Origin: Eledone cirrhosa
Lineage: Eukaryota
DNA: 64,000 nucleotides
Direction of reading: 5' to 3'
NCBI GenBank assembly: GCA_964016885.1
Contig: OZ024754.1
Location: forward strand, 28,954,001-29,018,000
This document shows, piece by piece, positions 52,228 through 64,000 of the stretch (positions are counted from its first letter, which is position 1; each line of letters opens with the position of its first letter). Made by a program: the position numbers and the translations under genes. Below the pieces are notes generated by a model. That model did not search any database and was not told the origin of the DNA. It saw only the letters and a list, made by a program, of their open reading frames with translations.

Positions 52228-52695
52228 CTAGCAGAAAAACCACCCTTTGTGTGGTTTTCTGCCAGCATGTGTAGTGTGTATATTGATATTATACGCAAGT
52301 ATATATACATGTAGATATGGTACATCAAATAAAATCGTAATTCACAATATACATAGAAATTGAACGAAGACTGCATTACACTGTCTTATGTAATCAGTAA
52401 CGTAATCCATGATACATTAAAAAAAGACGATATTATATATAAACTGCATTAGGAGAAAATTAGTATGTAGTATGTGTATTTAAGCGATCGCCAACCGGAA
52501 GTGTTGACATTTCAGAAATGTTAAAGAAGTGAATCTTTAAATAAACAAAATATATTTAATGAACAGCCACGAAATAGATAAATTATGTAATATTCATTCA
52601 TTATTTATTCAAAGTAATCCAACTTATTTTACTAATGGGATAAAAAATTATAAACCGTACACAATCCCGCGCTCCTTACTTTATTATAGTTTAGA
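52228..52695 (-). mobile_element. Non-autonomous Helitron-like element
   Basis: A|TC...hairpin...CTAG|T on the minus strand. Homologous to 8667-9625. Confidence 0.75.
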
Positions 52696-55656
52696 TTATC
52701 TCTCATCATCTTCACACCTTTTTTTCATAAAAGTACAACATGAAAAACCAATATGTGATTTATCTACTGGACCTACAAAACCTTAATTCAAAACATATGA
52801 TACATTGTAAAGGTTGTATCAAAAATGGCAATAAGATATATATGCATAAGTATATTTAGTTTATATATAAATGGTGTATATGTTACACCTTTTTCTTGAA
52901 AAATATAGTACAGAAATCTAGCATGGGACTTATATGAGTAACTTACAGATAAGAATAGACAGTAGTCTAATTTCCAGAAGACATAGTTCATACTTAACAA
53001 GCCAAAAAGTAGTTCCATTTTTCCATATAAGAAAAAATATCTAAATTCTCTGATGAGTTGGAATCCAACTAATATTGACTACTGGCTAAAAATGACATGT
53101 AATCATCATCATCATTTTACCTCTGCTTTTCGATGCTGGCTTAGGTTGGACATATCATTACAGATCAAGTCAGTATTTAACAGAGCTACTGCCTCTCTAG
53201 ATGGTCCAGGAGGACCAGATCTTGCTAACATATATTTAGTTTTGACATGGTGTCTACTGATGGACACACTCCTTAACATCAACCTCTTTACAGAGTGTAC
53301 TGGATGCATATTATTGTGACAGCATATGAGATAGAATTTGTAAATTTAACCCTTTGAACCACAGTGCTTGCCACATTGGCAGCCCCCAACTCTGGACTTC
53401 AGCATGAAAATCACTGATAAAAGGATATTTGTCAAGTAAACCTAAAAAACAATATAATAAATGTATGAACTCAACAAAATTCATAGTAATGCAAGCTATG
53501 CAATTATGTATAGCAATTAGTGATTTGTGTAGAAAGCAGTTTAAATAAATGTAAAAATTTAAACCTATTTATTATATTTCTAATAAATGATGCCGTCTAT
53601 GATTTTCAAACTATTTGGAAAATAATCAAGAATTTGAAAGGATTTTGTAATATAACCAAATTTTCATTTTTAAACCTTTCGTTACCATATTTCATTACAC
53701 TGCCTATGATTCTTAAATAATTTTGAAAATAATCAAAACTCTGGAGTGATTTAGTAATATAATTATTAAACTTATTTTTGGAGCATAACTTTAATGTTCT
53801 TACATAAAATTACGATGGAAGGATTTTAGATAAATATATAAACATTTTAAAATAAACAATGTTGTATCATCAAACCAATGATGGCTTCAGACAGTTTGGT
53901 ATCAAATGAGTTAATTATTAGATGGGTGTTTTAATGGATGTGCTATTTTATTTTTATATTAGTTTGTAAGTAGTTTTTTTTTGTTGTAATATTCTGAATG
54001 AACATTTTTATTTTAAAAGCAAATTATTTACAGTCTAGTAGTCAACAAATATAAAAATACTCAAATAATTACGATGAAAAATAAACTCTATCCACATTCA
54101 GAATAGTGTAGACCTGGCATTCTCTTCAAAATCCCATATCTTATAAAAGAAGATAAATTGCAGATCAAAAAGGCTAAAATTCCTTATTAAAGCTAGAAAT
54201 CTATTTTATGAAATATCATTTTCTGATATGGAATTATATCATTTCCTTCCTTTCACTGGAATATTTGAATCTATCCTTGGAAAGTGCCATTTATCTTAAT
54301 GGCAATCTCTTATTCTGTGGGGATCTTTGTCTGCCATTATGCTTAAAATTCTATTTGCTTTAGATGGAATTTTCCATTCAATTATCTTTGTTGATCATTC
54401 AGTATTTAGTTGTCTTTAATACTTCTCTTGCTAATGTTTCTTCTGCTTCTCTGCTCTTAGACATTATCTGAGATTCTTCTAGATATCTTCACTGAATTTC
54501 TAAAAGAGAAGCTATCACTTAAGATCTGCCTCTATGTCTCTCTGCTAGAAATACTCATTAGAAATACTTTTCACCACCATTCTTTCTTTCAGCTGATATT
54601 TTCTCTGTAATTTATCACAGCTTACTATGTCATGATTTGTTGTGGAACTCTTTTAATGGAAGTTGTTTCCGTAATACATTATTAAAACTTTACAGAAAAT
54701 TTCAGAAAGCATTTAAATCAATGTGTTACTTAATACTTGGTAGAAGAGAAAAGTTATTCTTTATCATCAATCTATAGAATAGAAGATATTTCTTCAAATG
54801 AACTGACTGTAAAGAATTAAATAGTCAAAATTCCTCTGGTGTGGATAATAGTGACACCTAGCTTTACAGTGGTTATCAATTGCTGTCTATTTTCTTTCCT
54901 ATAAGGTCTTATCAAGCTTTGGATTAAGATCTTCTTTAAGTTAGTGAAAGAAATTTGGAAAAGAAAAACTGCAACAAAATATTTTGATATTTTTTAATGC
55001 CATTTTACCTATAAAATCGATTTTTCCATGCTAGTAAGCTTGGGTGAGTCTGTTTCATCTCAGCATTTCTCCACTTGTAATCACTTGTAATCACTTGTAA
55101 TCTCTTTCATAAAGTTAAGCATCCTAAGATAATTCTTCAGCAATTCTTTCTATGCTTTCTTTGGTTTTCTTCTGCACTCTCCTGCATGTATCATGTAACA
55201 CATTTTCACCCAACTACCCTTCTTCATAAGCATCACATGTCCATACCAGTGTAGTCTTCTTTCTTGTGCACATTACGGCAGATACCTCTAATGCCCAGTT
55301 TTCCATCAACACTGTAAACCATAAAGGCAACCTGTCTTGGAGAGAAGTGACTTCATATAAAAACTGTGTGGAGGAGATGTGGGCTCTGTAAGCCATAGTG
55401 GAAACAACTTATTTAGGAGAGCTATCACTGAATTAAAACTGATACAGTGTAGAGAGGAATCTTAATTCTTGTCAGACAACCTTGCAAGTGCTGGTGGCAC
55501 GATTAAACAGACAGTCCATGCTATAAAGTGGTTGGTGATAGGAAGAGAATAAAGCCAGAAAAAACGTGCTCACCTTATTTCTTTCTCTCCAGTATTGTCT
55601 CTGTTTAGTCACCAGATGCTTTACAGAGTTGCCTTGATAATATATATATATATGTA

Positions 55657-56123
55657 AGGTATTAAATTAACAAGGAAAATAAAAACAACAAAGTTGAGTT
55701 ACTTTACCTATTCATATCATTGTTTTACGATCGTTTCAGAGGGTTGATCATATTGGCATATTGTCTGATTTATAGCAGTTATATAACTGTATACTATCAG
55801 ATCTCTTTTTCAGATGAGGTCTGATAGTATACAGTTATACTAATAGTATACAGTATACTGCTATAGATCAGACAATATGTCAATATGATCAACATCTGAA
55901 ACGATTGTAAAATCATAAAATGATATGAATAGGGAAGGTAACTTGACTTTGTTGTTTTTATTTTCATTGTTAATTTAATACCTAATATCCTACTCTGTAT
56001 CTAAGGAGTTAACTCAGCAGAACACAGAACTTCGCTATGGATTTCACTGGATTACTCACCATTGGATTACATTGAGTTCTATCTACAGTACGGACCCTAC
56101 CACCAGAGGTAGACCACACTGAG
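55657..56123. mobile_element. Long asymmetric palindrome plus tail, probable Penelope terminus
   Basis: ~150-bp arms 55657-~55805 and ~55817-55983, each with GAAACGAT(C/T)GTA. Tail ACTC-N10-GAGT at 55992-56009. Confidence 0.65.
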
Positions 56124-56598
56124 ATATATATATATAAAACCTCACTAAATATATATTCTTACATAAAATCAATAAACTATGTCACATTTTAGGATTTCCC
56201 TAATTTTGTTTGTCAATTTGCAATAATTCCTGCATATCTTAGCAGGAATTATCCAATCAATATCTACTTTGGAATTGTATGTGACTAACTTCATTTCATG
56301 TTGTTTCTTAGAAAGAAATCTTAGATTAGATTTGACAGGCATGTCATTTATTTCCCCTCCCCCTCATTAGCTATGAACAAGTCTTCATTATCATCCCAGG
56401 AAATAATTTAGTCTAATCTCCTATGTTAGCGTCCTCATTATAAATATAATTTACTTCAATGGATTTTCAATTCTCTTGTGTCTTTTACTTGTTTCAGTCA
56501 TTAGATTGTGGCCATGCTGGAGCACCATCATGATGAGATTTAGTCAATCATGTCAACACCAGTACTTATTTTTTCATGCCTGGTATTTACTTTATTGC

Positions 56599-56673
<75 letters not shown>

Positions 56674-56715
56674 AACACAGCTAAGTTACTGGACATAAAC
56701 AAACAGTAAATTTAT

Positions 56716-58420
56716 ACATAGACATGGGCACCCTCACATAGACACGGGCACCCTCACATAGACACAGACACACTCACATAGACACGGGCACCCTCACATA
56801 GACACAGACACACTCACATAGACACGAGAACACTCACATAGACACGGGCACACTCACATAGACACGGGCACACTCACATAGACACGGGCACACTCATATA
56901 GACACGAGCTCACTCATATAGACACGGACACATCATATAGACACGGACACACTCATATAGACACGGGCACCCTCACATAGACACAGACACACTCACATAG
57001 ACACGGGCACACTCACATACACACGGGCACACTCACATAGACACATGCACACTCATATAGAAACGGGAACACTCATATAGACACGGGCACACTCATATAG
57101 ACACGGGCACACTCATATAGACATAGACACACTCGCATAGACACATCCACACTCATATAGACACGGGCACACTCACATAGACATGGGCACACTCACATAG
57201 ACACGGGCACACTCACATAGACACGGGCACACTCATATAGACACGGGCACACTCACATAGACACGGGCACACTCACATAGACACGAGCTCACTCATATAG
57301 ACACGGGCACACTCATATAGACACGGGCACACTCATATAGACATAGACACACTCGCATAGACACATCCACACTCACATAGACATGAGCACCCTCATATAG
57401 AAACGGGCACACTCACATAGACACGGGCACACTCACATAGACACGAGCTCACTCATATAGACACGGACACACTCATATAAACACGGGCACACTCATATAG
57501 ACATAGACACACTCGCATAGACACATCCACACTCACATAGACACGAGCTCACTCATATAGAAACGGGCACACTCATATAGACACGGGCACGCTCACATAG
57601 ACACGGGCACGCTCACATAGACACGGGCACACTCGTATAGAAACGGGCACACTCATATAGACACGGGCACACTCGTATAGACACGGGCACACTCACATAG
57701 ACACGGGCACACTCACATAGACACGGGCACACTCGTATAGAAACGGGCACACTCACATAGACACGGGGACACTCGTATAGAAACGGGCACACTCACATAG
57801 ACACGAGCACACTCGTATAGAAACGGGCACACTCACATAGACACGGGCACACTCGTATAGAAACGGGCACACTCGTATAGAAACGGGCACACTCACATAG
57901 ACACGGGCACACTCACATAGACACGGGCACACTCACATAGAAACGGGCACACTCACATAGACACGGGCACACTCACATAGACACGGGCACACTCACATAG
58001 ACATGGGCACACTCGTATAGAAACGGGCACACTCATATAGACACGGGCACACTCACATAAACACGAGCACACTCACATAGACACGGGCACACTCATATAG
58101 ACACGGGCACACTCATATAGACATGAGCACATTCATATAGACACGGGCACACTCACATAAACACGAGCACACTCACATAGACACGGGCACACTCATATAG
58201 ACACGGGCACACTCATATAGACATAGACACACTCGCATAGACACTTCCACACTCACATAGACATGAGCACATTCATATAGACACATCCACACTCACATAG
58301 ACATGGGCACACTCACATAGACACGGGCACACTCACATAGACATGGGCACACTCACATAGACACGGGCACACTCACATAGACACGGGCACATGCTCATAT
58401 ACACAGACATACTCACATAC
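56716..58420. repeat. 20-bp minisatellite, ~85 units
   Basis: Consensus CATAGACACGGGCACACTCA with recurrent variants. Confidence 0.97.
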
Positions 58421-58949
58421 AATCTGAAAAATTAATAAGCGGGTGGAGATGATTATTTGAGAGCCGAGAGTATCTAAAACTTTATCTAATCTCATGAAAA
58501 CCATTGTTAAACTGTTCCAAAGACCAGTTGATAAAATGCAAGTTAGTTAGTTCACTAAATCCCTTAAATTCTTGATTATTTTAAAAGTTATTTGAAACTA
58601 TATTCAGTGTGATTCGTTAGAAATACAGTAATGAAAGGGTTAATGTATTATATATTGATTTTAGGGCTAAGTTAGAAGTGCTATACTCTTGTAAGTATAT
58701 TAATGTAGAAGCTATAGAAAGGAGAGAAACATAGTTTGATGAATAAGTAAGCTAACAAACCTCTGTTTGATCATAAAGAAAGTGAAATGTGTGCTTAATA
58801 TGTGTGATGTGCATTTACTTGTATTTCCTAAAGGTATTACGGACATCAATGAAAATGTAGATTAGAAATTAGTTGGCATCTTTGCCTCACAGCATGGATA
58901 AATAGCATAGAAGCTGAAGATAGGATTGATATATTAAAATAATGATGAT

Positions 58950-59220
58950 AGTGGATAGCTAATTAGGGACAGAATCAAACTAGATGAACTGCATTGCTAT
59001 CATTGCTCTCTTTCTGGTAAAATAGCTGCAGAAGTATTAAGTTAAAAGTAAGCATTTGTACATGGCATTTGTGGATCTGGAGAAAGCCTTTGATAGGATC
59101 CCCATCTCTGGAATCTGTTGAGCACTAATTAAGCTAAATGCAGACAAATGGTCTATGAAAGCTGTGCAAGTCATGTGCAACCAACAAGGTGAGTGTTGGC
59201 AATGAGTATGGTGATGAATT
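58950..59220 (+). pseudogene. Old degenerate RTE RT fragment
   Basis: LIRDRIKLDE...AFVDLEKAFDR.P with stops. Confidence 0.75.
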
Positions 59221-59231
59221 TATATATATAT

Positions 59232-62106
59232 AAAAAACGTGACAATCACCTGATCACCTACAGATCAGGGGAACATACCAGCCAGGTAGATTATATCCTT
59301 ACCAGAAGACGTGACAGAGTGACTGTTGTAAACACTAAATCCCTCCCCCATGAAGAATGCACCTCCCAACATAGACTGATAATTAGCGACCTCATAGTCA
59401 GGACGAGACGTACTCGACAGCAGAAGACGACTATCCTCAGGAGAAAAATATGGAAGCTAAAGGACCCCACAGCCAGAAATAAATTTCAAAGCATATTACT
59501 TGATGCTTTCGACAGTAAGGAAGAACATTTAGAGTCAGACAATATAGAGGGACAGTGGGAATTTCTGAAAGCAAACCTGCTGTTGGCGACAGACGAAGTC
59601 TGTGGCTGGAGCAGGCCTGTAGGCAGGAGGAGAGTAACATGGTGGTGGAACAGTAAGGTGGAGGGGCCAATTAAGGCCAAAAAGCAGGCTTGGAAAGTAT
59701 GGCGGGATGGGGGAAGTAGAGAAGACTATCAAGTGGCCAGGAGGGAAGCTAGGAGACAAGTGTACTTAGCAAGAAGGGAAGCTGAGGAAAGAAAGTTCAA
59801 GCATGTTCTACAACGCGATGACCAAAAACGTGAGGTGTTCAGGATTGCTAGGCAATGCGTCAAGGAAAACCGTGATATTGTCGGGGAGAAGTGTGTACTT
59901 AACGATGATGGCATACTTGCCATCACCGACGCTGATAAGAAGGTAGCTTGGAAGTGTCACTATGAAAGGCTACTAAATGAGGAGAATAAATGGGAGAAAG
60001 ACAATCTCCCCCATATCGACCCAATAGAGGGACCAGCAGTGTTAGTCGAGGGGAGTATAATAAGTAAGGCAATCAAGGATATGAAGACGGGTAAGGCGGC
60101 TGGGCCTTCGGAAATAGTTGCTGAGATGCTGAAGGCATCTGGCATGGTGGGACACACCATGGTCACCCGCATAGTTAACCAAGTCGTACAGAATGGGGTT
60201 GTTCCGAAGGACTGGCATAGCAGCATCATCGTTAACTGTTATAAGGGTAAAGGAGACGCCCTAGATAGCAGTAACTGTAGAGGCATTAAATTAATCGACC
60301 AGGTCATGAAGGTCACGGAAAAAGTAATAGCACAACTAATCAGAGTGAGAATTAAGCTAGATGAAATGCAGTTCGGGTTTGTGTCAGGCAAAAGTACCAC
60401 AGACGCTCTTTTCATTGTACGACAACTACAGGAGAAGTACCTAGCTAAAGGTAAACCCCTCTACTTAGCTTTTGTCGACTTGGAGAAAGCCTTCGACAGA
60501 GTCCCCCGCTCCATTATCTGGTGGGCTCTTAGAAAACTAGGCGTTGACGAATGGCTTGTGAGAGCTATACAAGCCATGTATAAAGAAACAGTCAGCAAGG
60601 TTAGAATTAGCAACGAATATAGTGAAGAGTTTAGCGTAAAAGTTGGCGTCCATCAGGGCTCTGTTCTCAGCCCCCTACTATTTATTATTGCCCTTCAGGC
60701 TATAACAGAGGCGTTCAAGACCGGCTGCCCATGGGAACTCCTATACGCAGACGACCTGACACTCATAGCGGAATCAATGGCCGAGCTAGAGAAGAAATTC
60801 CAAACATGGAAGCACGGCCTAGAATCAAAAGGACTTAAAATTAACCTGGCTAAGACTAAAGTTCTAGTTTGTAGGAAAGAAAATAAGGCGGCGGTCCCTT
60901 CTGGGAAATGGTCGTGCTCGGTGTGTAGGAAAGGCGTAGGTAGAAACTCCATTTTATGTCCTAAATGCAAAGTATGGGTGCATAAAAGATGTAGTGGGAT
61001 CACAGGTAAGCTAACTAAGAACATAGACTTTACATGTGGCCGGTGCTCTGGTGCAATAAGTAGCAGCAAGTGCCCACGAAATACTAGCTCTTTCAATTGC
61101 GCAGAGGGTTCTATAGAAATAGTGGACAGCTTCCGTTACCTGGGTGATAAAATCAGCAGTGGGGGAGGGTGCTCTGAAAGTACAGTAGCTAGAGTCAGAA
61201 CTGGTTGGAAAAAGTTCAGAGAGCTTATACCACTATTAGCTGCTAAAGGGTTCTCCCTAAAAATGAAAGGCAGGTTGTACGATGCCTGCATACGAACAGC
61301 AATGTTGCATGGCAGTGAGACCTGGGCATTGTGTGCAGAGGATATACGCAGACTAGAGAGGAACGAAGCTTGCATGCTCCGCTGGATGTGTAACAGTAAT
61401 ATATGTGAACGGCAAAGCATAAACGAACTAAGGAAAAAATTAGAAATAAGAGGGATCAGATGTTGTTTACTCGAGAGAAGGCTACGTTGGTATGGACACG
61501 TGATGCGCATGAAAGTCGATAGCTGTATAACAAAGTGCAGGGCAATAAAGATAGACGGTAGCCACGGAATAGGCAGACCTAGAAAAACCTGGGACGAGCT
61601 GATAAACTCCGACCTCACACACTTACACCTCTCCAAGACAATGTCACTGGACCGAGACCTTTGGCGGTACTCAGTAACAGAGAAGACCCGCCTTACCTAA
61701 ATACATAGTAAAACCTACTACAGCCAGTAGGCATCTCTAACAAAATAACCCCCCCCCCCCGTCCCACCACCACCACCCCCACCCCATCCACACCACCCCG
61801 TTCTATGTAAAGTTATGTTGGTGCCACACCATCCAGGCCGAAACAAATGAGATCGTGTAGGAGTCAAGACAAAAAAACACACAGTCCACGCTATAATGTG
61901 GCCGTGTAGGCAACATGGTAAAAACCTCCCAGACCCACACTGTAAATGTGGTTGGTGTTAGGAAGGGCATCCAACTGTAGAAAACCTGCCAGACAGTCCT
62001 ATGCGAGCAAGACAATCACTCTTGCCTCAAGTGGGACTACCCCCGTCCAAACCCATGCAAGCGTGGAACACGCACGTTAAACGTTGATGATGATGATGAT
62101 GATGAT
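59232..62106 (+). mobile_element. RTE-clade LINE subfamily A, longest copy
   Basis: Open frame from the endonuclease C-terminus (ITYRSG..SQVDYIL..SQH) to the stop at 61700, 3' UTR, (GAT)n. Confidence 0.96.
59233..61700 (+). CDS. RTE polyprotein (partial APE, RT with internal PHD-type finger)
   Basis: 835-aa ORF whose first ~13 residues come from flanking sequence. Confidence 0.93.
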
Positions 62107-62127
62107 ATATGTATATATATATATATA

Positions 62128-62227
62128 ATAATTGTTTCTACTTTTGGCACAAGGCCAGCAAATACCCAGTTCATTACTGGTACTTTATTTTATCGACCCC
62201 GTAAGGATCAAAGGCAAAGTTAACCTC
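62128..62227 (-). mobile_element. SINE family A 3' half
   Basis: Family consensus, followed by an old RTE fragment at 62228-62350 (-). Confidence 0.75.
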
Positions 62228-64000
62228 ATGGTCTTCCTCTACTGTGTCTTCCTTCCACTGGGATTTCTTGGCATTTCTTTACCCAGCGGTCATCCTCCAT
62301 GCACATCACATGTCCATACCAACACAATCTTCTCTCCAGCACACTACAGTTTCACTCTCAATGGATATCATCTGTTTGAATTTTAACTTCTCTAGTAAAG
62401 TAGACAAAATAATTTCTGACTTAGTTAAAAGCTATAATGATTACTTTATTTTATTTCAACTCTTTTCCTGCTTTTTTATTTTAAGATGTCATTTAAATAA
62501 AAGTTTCTAATTTATGGAATATTTGACTGAGTTACATTTGATATAGATTCGATTTTATGTCTCAAGTTTTATGGAAAAAATATAGTATTCTATTGTACAT
62601 TATTGTACTTCTGTTCAGTGTTCAATATCTTTAATGTTATGAAGCCATATGTACAATACAAAATTGAAAACTGTGGTTTATGTGTCTGCAAATTTACTGC
62701 TCTGATAATTAGCTCATATCATCCCTGAAGACTTTGTTTTTTAACAACATTTTTTAGCAAAATAACTAAATTTCAATCGGAAATCTTTTGCTGCAGTGAA
62801 ACTTGAATACTGATAGCTATTATTGTATATATACCTAGGGAAATAGTCCTGAAGGAGACTACTTTCTTTGATAAAAATAGAAACCTAGTTTTATACATTA
62901 TTGCTCAATAAATTATATTTTTGCCATCAACACCTCCAGTATCTTCATTCTCTGGACTGCTGTTTGCCTCCACTAAATTAATATTAGGGCATCATGTCTG
63001 AGGATGGAGCCCCATGAGGTGGAATCGTTGCAGTAGTGAGTATCATTAGCTGTTCTTTGCAGCAGTACTATCACCATCGTGTCTGTGGTGTGTAACTGAA
63101 ATATATCATCCAAACCAAGATATAGAGTTTGCCCTTAACTCAGTTTTTCTTTCTTTTTTCTATTATGATATTGTAAAGATATTTCAAACATTTGAAATTA
63201 ATAAATTTATATATTTTACAATTAAAAAAATTACATTTTTAACCTTCAGCATTTGGAGTATTCTTCATGATTTCCTTTCCATGTTATACTGCACACAAGG
63301 ACAATTTCATGTAGTTTCATATAAAAATGCTTAACCACTATTTTGAAGCCCATAGTTCTATGTATGGGCCTGAAAATCAGTTTTATTCCATTACATGTCA
63401 TTAGTGAAGCCTAAATGTGCTCAGATTTGTAAACCTATCCTGTAAATATCTTTGTTTATCAGCATACAGTATCTTTTTATTCCACATGTAATATACACCT
63501 GCATTGCCATGCTATGCCATGGACATTTATCTCTTTATTGAGTTGTAAGGGCACCATAGTGATATTCAGCATGTCTTGGTCATTTAAACCTGACAGAGTG
63601 GATGCCTCTCCAGGTCAGAACACAGCCAATTTCTTACAGGGAAATTGAAAGAGGGAAAACAACAGCGAAAGAGTTCCAGTAGCTTGTTAGCCTCTCACTC
63701 AACCATTTTCCATATCTGGAGGAAAATATTTTCCATGACTGTTCTCAGGATGAAAGCAACAAAGTGTGAGAGAGAGAGAGACTTGATACTTGACTAGTAC
63801 AGTATTTATGGATCTTTGAAGGATGAAAGGCAGAGTTGACTGTGAAAGATTTTGAACTCGGATATCAAAGAGCTGAAACAAATATTGTAAGGTTTTCTAT
63901 TTACCACTCTATCAACTATATAAATGTTCCACCTATGTAGAGGATTGTTCATAACTGTGTATAACCAGTTTAGAATAGATATACTATATCTCTACCTGTT

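Noticed and set aside
53050-53085. CTGATGA-GTTGG-AAT-CCAAC hammerhead-like start
   Set aside because: Followed by TAAT instead of GAAA, with no convincing stems I or III.
56716-58420. CRISPR-like periodic array
   Set aside because: No unique spacers, contiguous tandem units, eukaryotic context and no cas genes.
62976-63096. Possible minus-strand host exon after a TTTCAG acceptor
   Set aside because: Short, no recognisable protein similarity and no partner exon identified.

Overview
AT-rich eukaryotic (animal) DNA made almost entirely of transposable elements and simple repeats. No host gene can be supported. The repeat repertoire suggests a mollusc, probably a coleoid cephalopod or octopus, but this is inference only. 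Contents: at least seven large RTE-clade LINE copies in three subfamilies, two head-to-head copies of a CR1/L2-group LINE, two Penelope-like (RT + GIY-YIG) elements with type I hammerhead ribozymes, and fragments of Tx1/L1- and R4/Dong-like LINEs. There are also two tRNA-derived SINE families, Helitron-like elements, piggyBac-like and Tc2/pogo-like MITEs, a 20-bp minisatellite and long TA-based microsatellites. Main observations: (1) a family of asymmetric palindromes, several with hammerheads, whose short arm ends a few nt before a covarying RCTC-N10-13-GAGY hairpin tail, the same layout as the ends of the coding Penelope copies; (2) a C4HC3 PHD-type finger inserted inside the RT region of all three RTE subfamilies; (3) one UTR module shared between an RTE 5' end, RTE 3' UTRs and a SINE; (4) a ~12-kb pile-up of young retroelements in one compound microsatellite. 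All structures were read by eye and boundaries are approximate to a few nt.
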